A stretch of DNA of 64,000 nt from Deltaproteobacteria bacterium. Its GTDB lineage: Bacteria > Desulfobacterota > Desulfobaccia > Desulfobaccales > 0-14-0-80-60-11. The number at the start of each line of letters is the position of its first letter. The first letter of the stretch is position 1. The DNA is taken from the NCBI GenBank assembly GCA_016874975.1, contig VGSQ01000002.1, positions 98 through 64,097 of the forward strand, given 5' to 3'. The notes under the pieces were generated by a model. The model was given only the letters and a program-made list of their open reading frames with translations. It searched no databases and was not told the origin of the DNA. Positions 36,833-44,587 of the stretch are shown in pieces. The position numbers were made by a program, and so were the translations under genes.

Positions 36833-37535
36833 TTATAAAGTTAAATCCCAGGCTGCCCGGTAACCATCAGTAAAAATTACTTTTTTAAACCCCATCTCAC
36901 GCCATTTAGCAGCCAATTTGCCATCATTTGTCAATTGGTGGACAAGTGGTCGCCCCATAAGCACCCATTTCAGCTTTAATGTTCTAGATTCCTTCCCTAA
37001 AACCTTTACAGAGATGTCATATCCGCGATTTAAAAATTCATTCTCTAACAAGCCTGCATACAAAATGCGCTTAGCCTCTAGGTCCTTTTCTTTGGCTTTC
37101 TTAGCAAGACGGTCCAATTCACAATAATGGGCCTCCACTTTTTTTAATAAACGTTGAGCCTCAGGATATTCTTTGTCGGAGGCCTCGATAGATTTTAGAA
37201 GGGCTTCGGCTTCAGGGATACGGTGCTTTCCTGGTTTATAATTAGACTTGTCAGCAAGAATTGCCTTCGCTTCGAGGAGGCGTTGAGCAGATGGCTTGCT
37301 CTCAGTTTTAGCAGAGGGTTGAATTTCATCGGTTGATTTGCGGGGTTCCTGAATATCAATAATTTTTTTTAGCGGATTCGGGTTTTGAGCTATGGATTGG
37401 CGCCGATGGATGGATTGTAGTTGTTTTTTGGGACGGATCGTTTGGAGTCTTGAAGAAGATAACGTAAATCGCTACGAGGGCAAGAATTAAGGGAACATAT
37501 TTTAATGGCAGATATGGGCTTCGGCCATTAGACAT
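36833..37535 (-). pseudogene. AT-rich gene for a membrane-anchored protein, interrupted by a +1 frame change at an A8 homopolymer (frameshifted, phase-variable or slippage-dependent)
   Basis: GGAGG RBS and ATG at 37535. The N-terminal frame (MSNGRSPYLPLKYVPLILALVAIYVIFF...) stops at 37356-37358 just after the A8 run (T8 on + strand, 37363-37370). The +1 frame is open from ~37480 to the stop at 36833. ATG to stop is 703 nt, one more than a multiple of three. Confidence 0.5.
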
Positions 37536-37577
37536 GACCGCCTCCTAAAACTTCGACCTAAAATTCCTAACCAGACA

Positions 37578-38201
37578 TTACATAATTCGAATACCCTTCT
37601 TCGGTTCCGGCTGCGGCTCGGGGGCCGGGGCTTTCTTTTCCTCGGGCGGCGCCTTGGCCGGAGCGGGTTTCTCCGTCGGCTTGCCGGGCGGAGGTTCGGC
37701 CGCCTCCGCCGGTTTGGGAGTCCGGCGGGGTTTGGTTTCCTCGGCGGGCTTTTTCCTGGCGCCGGGTTCTGCGGTCTCCGCCGGTTTCACGGGCTTTTCC
37801 GGCAGCCCCGGCTTTTCCGGTCTGGCGGTCTCCGGCGGCCTGGGCAGACCAGGCGGGGGCGGCGCCGCTTCCACCGCCGCGGGGGAGAGGAACCGGGTGG
37901 CCACCCACCCCAAGGTGCCGTCCTTCTTCACCCGAACCTGGGACCAGTCGTCCGATTCGCCCAACTTCTCCACAATCTCGTTGCGCTCCAGCGCGGCCAC
38001 CTTGGGGCAGTCCATGCCCGGACAGGCCCGCAGGTTGAGACGGCTGGCGTTCACATAGAAAATCGGCCGGGGGGCGGCGGGGGGCGGCGCGGCAGTCGGC
38101 GGCGCCGGGGCCGGCGGGGGCGTCTGGTAGATCACCGGCGTGCAGCCGAAACCGGCCAGGACCAGGAGCGTCAGCCACGCCCAGGTTATTCTCAACCGCA
38201 T
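37578..38201 (-). CDS. SH3 (SH3_3) domain lipoprotein with Pro/Ala/Glu/Lys-rich tail
   Basis: Start at MRLRITWAWLTLLVLAGFGC (lipobox). SH3b-like YVNASRLNLRACPGMDCPKVAALERNEIVEKLGESDDWSQVRVKKDGTLGWVATRFL. Confidence 0.75.
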   Translation of the reverse strand: MRLRITWAWLTLLVLAGFGCTPVIYQTPPPAPAPPTAAPPPAAPRPIFYVNASRLNLRACPGMDCPKVAALERNEIVEKLGESDDWSQVRVKKDGTLGWVATRFLSPAAVEAAPPPPGLPRPPETARPEKPGLPEKPVKPAETAEPGARKKPAEETKPRRTPKPAEAAEPPPGKPTEKPAPAKAPPEEKKAPAPEPQPEPKKGIRIM

Positions 38202-38226
38202 TGCTGGCAGAGCGTTCACGTCAGGC

Positions 38227-38988
38227 TTAACCTCCCGATTCAACCTTGCTGTCTTTGATCTTCCAGTCACCGTTGGCCTTTTCCAGGATCACCCGGTAAG
38301 AGGGCCGGTCCAGGGTGTAGTCCTGGGTGCGGTGGTCGTAAAGCTGGATGCTCCAGACGAACAACACCTGGACCTGCCGCTCGTTCAGACGCTGCAACTG
38401 GGAGATGCGGTACGACACCTCTTTGATGTCGTAATTCTTCCACAGCTCCAGCATCTGGTTCTCCAGGATGCCCAGTTTGGGATAGTTTGGGTCATAGCAA
38501 CTGAGCCATTTGTGAATGTCTTTGTTCAAATGGGAGGAGCGGATTTTCTCCGCCAGCCGCTCCACTTCCCGGCGCAGGGTTTCCTCCGCGCCGGGGCCGG
38601 GGGTTGGGATGCCGCCGGGGGTGGAACGAATCAGCCATTTCACCCCATAGTAGCCCCCCACTCCCATGACCAGCACCAGGGACAGCAGCATCAAGGCCTG
38701 GAAAGGCCGGCGGCGCCGGCTCCGAGCCGCCTCGGCCGGACGGGAAGCGCGGGGATAGAAGAGGGGAGGCCGCTGACCCTGGTAAACCTGCTCATCCCGG
38801 CCGGCGGGCGCCACCCGGAGGGGCAGGCCGCACTCGGTGCAGAACTTCTGCCCCGGAAAGGTAAGCCCTTCGCAGCGGGGACAGGGCCGGCCGACGCTCA
38901 CCGCCGCGCCCTTCAACAACTGCCCGCACCGCTGGCAAAAGCGGTGCTCTTCCCCATGCACCAATTCGCACTGACTGCAATAGTTCAT
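38227..38988 (-). CDS. Zinc-ribbon protein with TM helix and NTF2/SnoaL-like C-terminal domain
   Basis: Two CxxC...CxxC ribbons (CSQC...CQRC, CPRC...CTEC), TM segment ALMLLSLVLVMGVGGYYGV, ~130-aa C-terminal domain. Confidence 0.7.
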   Translation of the reverse strand: MNYCSQCELVHGEEHRFCQRCGQLLKGAAVSVGRPCPRCEGLTFPGQKFCTECGLPLRVAPAGRDEQVYQGQRPPLFYPRASRPAEAARSRRRRPFQALMLLSLVLVMGVGGYYGVKWLIRSTPGGIPTPGPGAEETLRREVERLAEKIRSSHLNKDIHKWLSCYDPNYPKLGILENQMLELWKNYDIKEVSYRISQLQRLNERQVQVLFVWSIQLYDHRTQDYTLDRPSYRVILEKANGDWKIKDSKVESGG

Positions 38989-39333
38989 ACGGGGTCTCGC
39001 TCGGAATGGGCCAACATACGTAGATTGTTAACACAATCTGGCCGCAAAGGGAAGCACATTCCTCGCGCCCCGGTTTCTTATCCCCAAAGCGCCGCCCCAG
39101 GAGCCGCCGCCGCCCGGAGGAAAGCCGTCTTGCCTGCATCCTGTCCTTTTTGACCGACGGCGCGCCCAAAAGGTTAAGATAACCAGGCGGCGGGGAAGGC
39201 TCCGGCCTGGCAAAATGTGCCGGAGGCGCCGCGGGGGGCGCAGGCTCCAGGTTTTCCGTCCTCCCCCTTGTCTCCGGGAGCTTTCGGACAATTTTCTCTG
39301 GCCATATCGATACTTTTCTAATAGAATAACGAC

Positions 39334-39720
39334 ATGCGCGGTAAAAAGCCTGATCACGGCCGGGGCACGGCCCTGGCGGAGAGCCCGACGGCGCCGCATG
39401 GGGTCCGCATCAAAGGGCGCCTCTGGCTGGAAAAGGACGGGGAGACCTTCCTCAGTTGGGGCCGCGTCGTCCTGTTGGAGCGCATCCGGGAGCACGGCTC
39501 CATCGCCGCCGCGGCCCGTTCCATGGACATGGCTTACAGCCACGCCTGGACCCTGGTGAAAAGCATGAACGCCCTGGCCGGGGAGGAACTGGTGGCCCGC
39601 ACCTTCGGGGGACGCCACGGCGGCCGGGCCTGGCTCACCCCCGCGGGAGAGGCGGCCGTGGCCCGCTTCTGGGACCTGGCGGCCCGTTTCCGGGAATGGT
39701 TGATGGATCAAGGGGAATAA
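39334..39720 (+). CDS. ModE-like winged-helix regulator (N-terminal domain only, no Mop domains)
   Basis: GRVVLLERIREHGSIAAAARSMDMAYSHAWTLVKSMN...GGRHGGRAWLTPAGE matches the ModE/LysR-type HTH N-terminal domain. Sits directly upstream of tupABC. Confidence 0.75.
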   Translation: MRGKKPDHGRGTALAESPTAPHGVRIKGRLWLEKDGETFLSWGRVVLLERIREHGSIAAAARSMDMAYSHAWTLVKSMNALAGEELVARTFGGRHGGRAWLTPAGEAAVARFWDLAARFREWLMDQGE

Positions 39721-39763
39721 AAGATATTGTTTTGCAATGCGATATCTTTTGAAAATTATATCG
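39719..39763. promoter_or_regulatory. Overlapping inverted repeats upstream of tupA, candidate ModE-type operator
   Basis: AAAAGATAT-N14-ATATCTTTT (39719-39750) and CGATAT-N12-ATATCG (39740-39763). The octamer ATATCGAT also occurs upstream of the regulator gene at 39304-39311. Confidence 0.4.
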
Positions 39764-39778
39764 ATTGAAAGGTAGATC

Positions 39779-40600
39779 ATGATGGTTAACAGGATAGTCC
39801 TTTGGTGTTGTTCTGTCAGCCTCCTCATGGCCGGGACCGCTTTCGCCCAGACCCGGATCAAGTGCGCCTCCACCACCAGCACCCAGAATTCCGGGTTGTT
39901 CGATTTTTTGTTGCCCATCTTCGAGAAAAAGACGGGCCTCAAGGTGGACGTGGTGGCCGTGGGCACCGGCGCGGCCATTGAAATCGGCAAACGGGGCGAC
40001 GCCGACGTGGTCATGGTGCACGCCAGGGAACTGGAGCTCAAGGCCGTGGAGGAAGGTTGGTTCAAGGACCGCCACGACCTGATGTACAACGACTTTGTCA
40101 TCATCGGCCCCACGGACGACCCTTTAAAAATCAAGGGCATGAAGTGGGTGGTGGAGGCCTTCCAGAAAATCGCCGCCCAGGACAAGGCTCCTTTCGTCTC
40201 CCGGGGCGACAGGTCCGGCACCCACACCATGGAGCTGGGCATCTGGAAGAAGGCGGGGGTGGACCCCAAGGGCCAGAAGTGGTACCTGGAGGTGGGCCAG
40301 GGCATGGAGAAGACCCAGCGCATCGCCAACGAGAAAAGGGCCTACACCCTGACCGACCGGGGCACCTGGCTGGCCGCCAGAGACAAGGACAAGCTGGAGA
40401 TGGTCATCGTGCTGGAGGGCGACTCCAGCCTCTTCAACCAGTACGGGGTCATGGCGGTGAACCCGGAGAAGCACCAGCAGGCCAAATATCAAGAGGCCAG
40501 GATGTTCATCGACTGGCTCATCTCCACGGAAGGCCAGAAGGCCATCGGCGACTTCAAGGATAAACACGGCAACCAGCTTTTCACGCCGAACGCCAAGTGA
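39779..40600 (+). CDS. tupA: Tungstate/molybdate ABC transporter substrate-binding protein (TupA type)
   Basis: Signal peptide. STTSTQNSGLFDFLLP anion-binding motif, VAVGTGAAIEIGKRGDADVVMVHA. Oxyanion specificity cannot be decided from sequence alone. Confidence 0.8.
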   Translation: MMVNRIVLWCCSVSLLMAGTAFAQTRIKCASTTSTQNSGLFDFLLPIFEKKTGLKVDVVAVGTGAAIEIGKRGDADVVMVHARELELKAVEEGWFKDRHDLMYNDFVIIGPTDDPLKIKGMKWVVEAFQKIAAQDKAPFVSRGDRSGTHTMELGIWKKAGVDPKGQKWYLEVGQGMEKTQRIANEKRAYTLTDRGTWLAARDKDKLEMVIVLEGDSSLFNQYGVMAVNPEKHQQAKYQEARMFIDWLISTEGQKAIGDFKDKHGNQLFTPNAK

Positions 40601-40634
40601 GGGGTCGATCTTGAGGTGAGGGCTGGGGGGTTAT

Positions 40635-40725
40635 GGTGTCAGGTGCCAGGTGCCAGGTGCCAGGTTTCCTCTGGTTCCCAAGCTCCTGCTTGGGAACCGG
40701 AATGCTCGCCAAGCTCACGCTTGGC
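40635..40725 (+). repeat. Heptamer array (GGTGCCA)n + conserved double hairpin element, copy 1
   Basis: GGTGTCA GGTGCCA x3 GGTTTCC, then GGTTCCCAAGC-TCCT-GCTTGGGAACC and GCCAAGC-TCAC-GCTTGGC. Starts 35 nt after the tupA stop. Confidence 0.85.
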
Positions 40726-40813
40726 CAGAGTATCGCTGCGTTTGGGTGTGGGGAGTCAAGGCGCCATGATGGCCATCTCTGATTTCGGCTGCCTTTACCT
40801 GAACTGAACTTCC

Positions 40814-41533
40814 ATGGAAACCATCTTCCAGGGTTTGGTCAGCGCCGTTCGCCTCATCGCCGGTTTCAACCCGGAGTTGCTGGGGATTATCTTCCTGTCC
40901 CTGCAGGTGTCCGGCCTGGCCTTAGGCGCCGCCAGCGCCTTGGGGCTGCCCCTGGCGGCCCTCCTGGCCCTGAAGCGCTTCCCTCTGCGGGGCCTGCTGT
41001 TGGGCCTCCTCAACACCGGCATGGGGCTCCCGCCCGTGGTGGTGGGCCTGCTGCTCTACCTCATCCTGTCCCGCAGCGGCCCCCTGGGCTTCCTGGAGCT
41101 GCTCTACACCCCCGGCGCCATGATCATCGCTCAGACCATCCTGGCCTTTCCCATCGTTACGAGTCTCTCCCACGCCGCCATCGTGGGGGTGGACCCGGTC
41201 ATCCGCCTGGCCGCCCAGACCCTGGGGGCCACCCCCCGCCAGGAGGCCGCGGCGGTGGTGCGGGAGGCCCGCTACGGCATCGGCGCCGCCGTCATCGCCG
41301 CCTTCGGCCGAGTCAGCGCCGAAGTGGGGGCGGTGCTCATGGTGGGGGGCAACATCGCCCACTACACCCGGGTCATGACCACCGCCATCGCCCTGGAGAC
41401 GGACAAGGGGAATTTTGACCTGGGCATCGCCCTGGGGATCATCCTGCTGACCCTGTCCCTGTTGGTGACCGTGGCCCTGCGGGCCGTGCAACGCCGGGGC
41501 CGGGCCCCAACGGGGGTGCGGCTGTGGGATTGA
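40814..41533 (+). CDS. tupB: Tungstate/molybdate ABC transporter permease
   Basis: 239-aa polytopic protein with a binding-protein-dependent transport EAA-like region (AAQTLGATPRQEAAAVVREARYG). Confidence 0.8.
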   Translation: METIFQGLVSAVRLIAGFNPELLGIIFLSLQVSGLALGAASALGLPLAALLALKRFPLRGLLLGLLNTGMGLPPVVVGLLLYLILSRSGPLGFLELLYTPGAMIIAQTILAFPIVTSLSHAAIVGVDPVIRLAAQTLGATPRQEAAAVVREARYGIGAAVIAAFGRVSAEVGAVLMVGGNIAHYTRVMTTAIALETDKGNFDLGIALGIILLTLSLLVTVALRAVQRRGRAPTGVRLWD

Positions 41534-42180
41534 CGGTGCAGTTACACAAAATCGCCAAGGCCTACCAGGGGAACCGCATCCTGGCGGACTGCTCTTACAC
41601 CTTCGCGGCCGGGGGCGCCTATATCCTCATGGGCGACAACGGCAGCGGCAAGTCCACCCTCTTCCGCCTGGCGGCCCTGCTGGAGCCCCCCGACCAGGGT
41701 GAGGTGCGCTATCTCCAGGGGGACCTGACGCTGCCCCCGGACATCACCCTGAAACGACGCCTCACCATGGTCTTCCCTCGGGTGGGGGTCTTCAGCCGCA
41801 GCGTCTCTGAGAACGTGGCTTACGGCTTAAAAATCCGGGGCCTGCCCCGGGACCGGGTCCGGGAGCAGGTGGCCCGGGCCCTGGAAGAGGTTGCCTTATC
41901 ACACAAAACGCACCAGCCCGCCGCCACCCTTTCCAGCGGCGAGACCATGCGCCTGGGGCTGGCCCGGGCCCTGGCCGTCGAGCCCGAGGTCCTTTTCCTG
42001 GACGAACCCACCACCCACATCGACCGGGCCAACACCCGCCTCATCGAGGACTGCCTCCTCCAGACCCTACGGGAGCGGGCCCTGACCCTCATCCTGATCA
42101 CCCACGACCCGGCCCAGGCCCACCGGCTGGGAGGGCGGCGACTGCTCCTCCAGGAGGGCCGGATCGTGGAGGTGGATTGA
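41524..42180 (+). CDS. tupC: Tungstate/molybdate ABC transporter ATP-binding protein
   Basis: Walker A GDNGSGKST, signature LSSGETMR, Walker B VLFLDEPT. 10-nt overlap with the permease gene. Confidence 0.8.
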   Translation: MGLTVQLHKIAKAYQGNRILADCSYTFAAGGAYILMGDNGSGKSTLFRLAALLEPPDQGEVRYLQGDLTLPPDITLKRRLTMVFPRVGVFSRSVSENVAYGLKIRGLPRDRVREQVARALEEVALSHKTHQPAATLSSGETMRLGLARALAVEPEVLFLDEPTTHIDRANTRLIEDCLLQTLRERALTLILITHDPAQAHRLGGRRLLLQEGRIVEVD

Positions 42181-42375
42181 GCGCCAACTTCCCAAGAAAA
42201 TATCTTCCCCGGAAAGAATTTCCGCACCTTTTTGAGACAGACTCATGCCCTCGTGATGACAATTGGTAATCATATAAACATGTTATCCAAAATCACGCTC
42301 TGGCGCCATTCTTTCCGATAAGGTCCATGGGGAGGTGTCTCTTTTCCTCCCGACCCTTACGCGAGGTGGTATGCC

Positions 42376-42660
42376 ATGGCGACTCCCAAGAAGCTGTTTT
42401 TGTCCGCGACCACGGGCCTGTTGGCCTTGTCCCTCATTTTCCTCTCCGGCCTCACCCTTTTGCCGGTGCAGGCCGACGTGGACGAACTGGCCCTGGTGCA
42501 GCAGGCCATCCGGGTCAAGGGCGGCAAGTGGCGGGCCGAGGAGAACGAGATTTCCCGGCTGCCCAAGGAAGAGCGCAAGAAGCGCCTGGGTCTGATCGAA
42601 GCCGCGCCCGGCATCAGTCGCCCGGCCGCGTCCCGCTGCATTGTTGTAATGAGGAAATGA
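42376..42660 (+). pseudogene. 3'-truncated gene: signal peptide plus N-terminal pro-region resembling exported papain-like (C1) peptidases
   Basis: The sequence MATPKKLFLSATTGLLALSLIFLSG...VQQAIRVKGGKWRAEENEISRLPKEERKKRLGLI is plausible. The ORF then runs into the opposite-strand gene start and ends without any catalytic domain. Family assignment is by recollection only. Confidence 0.35.
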
Positions 42661-42779
42661 TCCAGCTTCCGGGGTTGGGCAAACTGCTTACCGCCCTGGG
42701 AAGTTTTCATCTCTCCCCGCTCCCCGATCTTGATTTTCCCACGTTCCGCCAACTGGGGCGTTAAACCTTTTACAGCCAT
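42640..42779 (-). pseudogene. N-terminal fragment of a phage/plasmid-type hypothetical protein
   Basis: Strong AAGGAG RBS. MAVKGLTPQLAERGKIKIGERGEMKTSQGGKQFAQPRKLDHFLITT looks protein-like. The rest of ORF 42357..42779 is antisense to the signal-peptide gene and looks non-coding. Confidence 0.4.
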
Positions 42780-43189
42780 GAGAATTTCTCCTTAAAAAGT
42801 GTTTTAAAAATAGGGCGCCAGGGCCCAGGCGCAGCAGTAAAAAGCCACTGCCAGGAGCAGCAGCTCCAGGAGGTCCTCCAGGGCCAGGAGCCGCTCCATC
42901 CAGGTGCCGCCTCTAAGAGGCCACAGCCAGTCTTCCTTTTTCATCCGCCGCCCTCCGGTGGTATCTCAGGGAAAGGGTCCAGTTCAGGCCGCAGGTGCAT
43001 TTGCTGAAAAGCCTGGCCCCTTTGAGAGGTCCTTTTCCTGCACCCCCAGCACGATTTCTTCGCCGCAGAAACAGGTGATGGTGGTCTGTTTCGCCTTTTT
43101 CATCCCCCGCATCTTTCCTCCTTTCTCCCCACAAAAGTTTGGGGCCGCCGGATCGGCGGCCCCGTTGGATTATTAATGGTTAAGGTTCG

Positions 43190-44001
43190 TTAGCCGATAA
43201 GCTGGCTCACCTCCTGCCGGGAGGCGCTCTCCAGCATGGCCTTCTTCACCAGGTTCAAGTGCTTGATGATCAAGTCGATCTTTTCCAGGTTTACGTGGGT
43301 GTTCCCCTGGTACACCTTGGCCAGCACCCGGCAATCATCCGGGGAAAAGGATTTCACGATGAGGCCCGTGACCGCGTCCAGGACCTTCTCCCACCGGGAG
43401 ACCAATTCCAGGTCTTCCTTCTTGGGCAGGGCAAACAGGGCGGTCTGCTTCTTGGCGTCTACCATGGCGGTGACGAACCGCCGCAGGTGGTTATAGGTTG
43501 AAAGCTCCCCGGCCCTGATCTTCTGGAAGACCAGCTCCTGGTCGTCCGGGTTCGCCAGCCGGCTCATTTCGAAGGCCTGGGATGGGGAGATGATCCCCTG
43601 CACCATGGCCTCCTGGAACTTGGGGGCCAGCTTCAGCAGGCTCAGGCGCTCATCCACCCGCCACACCTGTTTGAAGCCCAGCTTTTGGGCCAGTTCCTCC
43701 CTGGTGTAGCCGGAGTCGATCATGGACTGAAAGGCCCGGGCCTCCTCCAGGGGGGTCAGGTCCTGGCGCTGGATGTTTTCCACCAGGGCCATTTCCGCCA
43801 CCTGCTGGTCATCAGCCTCCAGCACCCTGACCGGGACCTTTTCCAACCCGGCTAGGTGAGCCGCCCGCCAGCGCCGCTCCCCGGCGATGAGCATGAACCT
43901 GCTATCCCGGGGCGCCACCACCAGGGGCTCGATCAACCCTTGCTCCTTGATGGAAAGAGCCAGTTCTTCCAGGGCCTCCCGCGGAAAGAACTTGCGGTCG
44001 G
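43190..44001 (-). pseudogene. ParB/Spo0J-like N-terminal-domain protein, 5' end disrupted by a group II intron
   Basis: ALEELALSIKEQGLIEPLVVAP...LIAGERRWRAAHLAG...ALVENIQRQDLTPLEEA is the ParB box II/III region. The reading frame upstream of codon PDRKFF is intron sequence. Confidence 0.8.
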
Positions 44002-44467
44002 GTAAAGAGGTCTCATTACTGAGGCCCCCCCCTAAGAACCGGACGTGAGAGTTTCCCCTCATCCGGCTCAAGTCGTTCAAAACCCCCACATGGTCAATGA
44101 AGGGTCGGCAACATACTGGCAATCTTGTTTATGCAACTGCCGATGGCAGATAGGATGCAAAAGCTGAAGATTTGACAGTACGTCTTTCCCGCCCTGAAGC
44201 TTCGGGATAACGCGGTGCATGTGCCACCCCGTTACCAGCGTGAAGTCTCCATGACAGATCGGACACTTTCCCTTCTGGGCCTGCCAAAATCTCCTAACCC
44301 TTCCATATAAAGCCAGGTCATTCTTGACCAAGAGAGCTTTCCTATTCTCAAAGTAAGGTTCCCAGGCCATATCATGTTGGTGATAGTTTGCCCACCCCCG
44401 AATAATCGGGTTTAGCAATTTAATCACCGATTCTTGTTTGGCTGTTTTGTAATCCTTCTGAAAACGG
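44002..44467 (-). mobile_element. Group II intron, 3' fragment: C-terminal maturase (X) + HNH endonuclease region of the IEP, then domains V and VI
   Basis: IEP remnant LNPIIRGWANYH...CPICHGDF...HMHRVIPKLQGGKDVLSNLQLLHPICHRQLH. Domain V on the minus strand at 44036-44069, GAGCCGGAUGAGGGGAAACUCUCACGUCCGGUUC, has the AGC triad, GAAA tetraloop and AC bulge. RT domains and intron domains I-III are absent. Confidence 0.85.
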
Positions 44468-44587
44468 GATTAGGTGGTCATAGCTTGAATCTTTGTCAGG
44501 AAACATGAACCCCAGGTTCACCGGCACAGTTGTCCTCTCCTGCGCCTCTCATGTCGGCAATTCAGAAGCGCTCCTCGACTTGCCGGC

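Noticed and set aside
38140-40329. Long ORFs 38140..39153 (+) and 39028..40329 (-)
   Set aside because: They are antisense to the zinc-ribbon gene and to the ModE-like and tupA genes respectively, and they read through intergenic DNA. The composition is typical of shadow frames.
42357-42639. C-terminal two thirds of minus-strand ORF 42357..42779
   Set aside because: This part is antisense to a plus-strand ORF with a convincing signal peptide, and it reads as Arg/Ser-rich low-complexity sequence. Only the first ~46 codons after the strong RBS look genuine.
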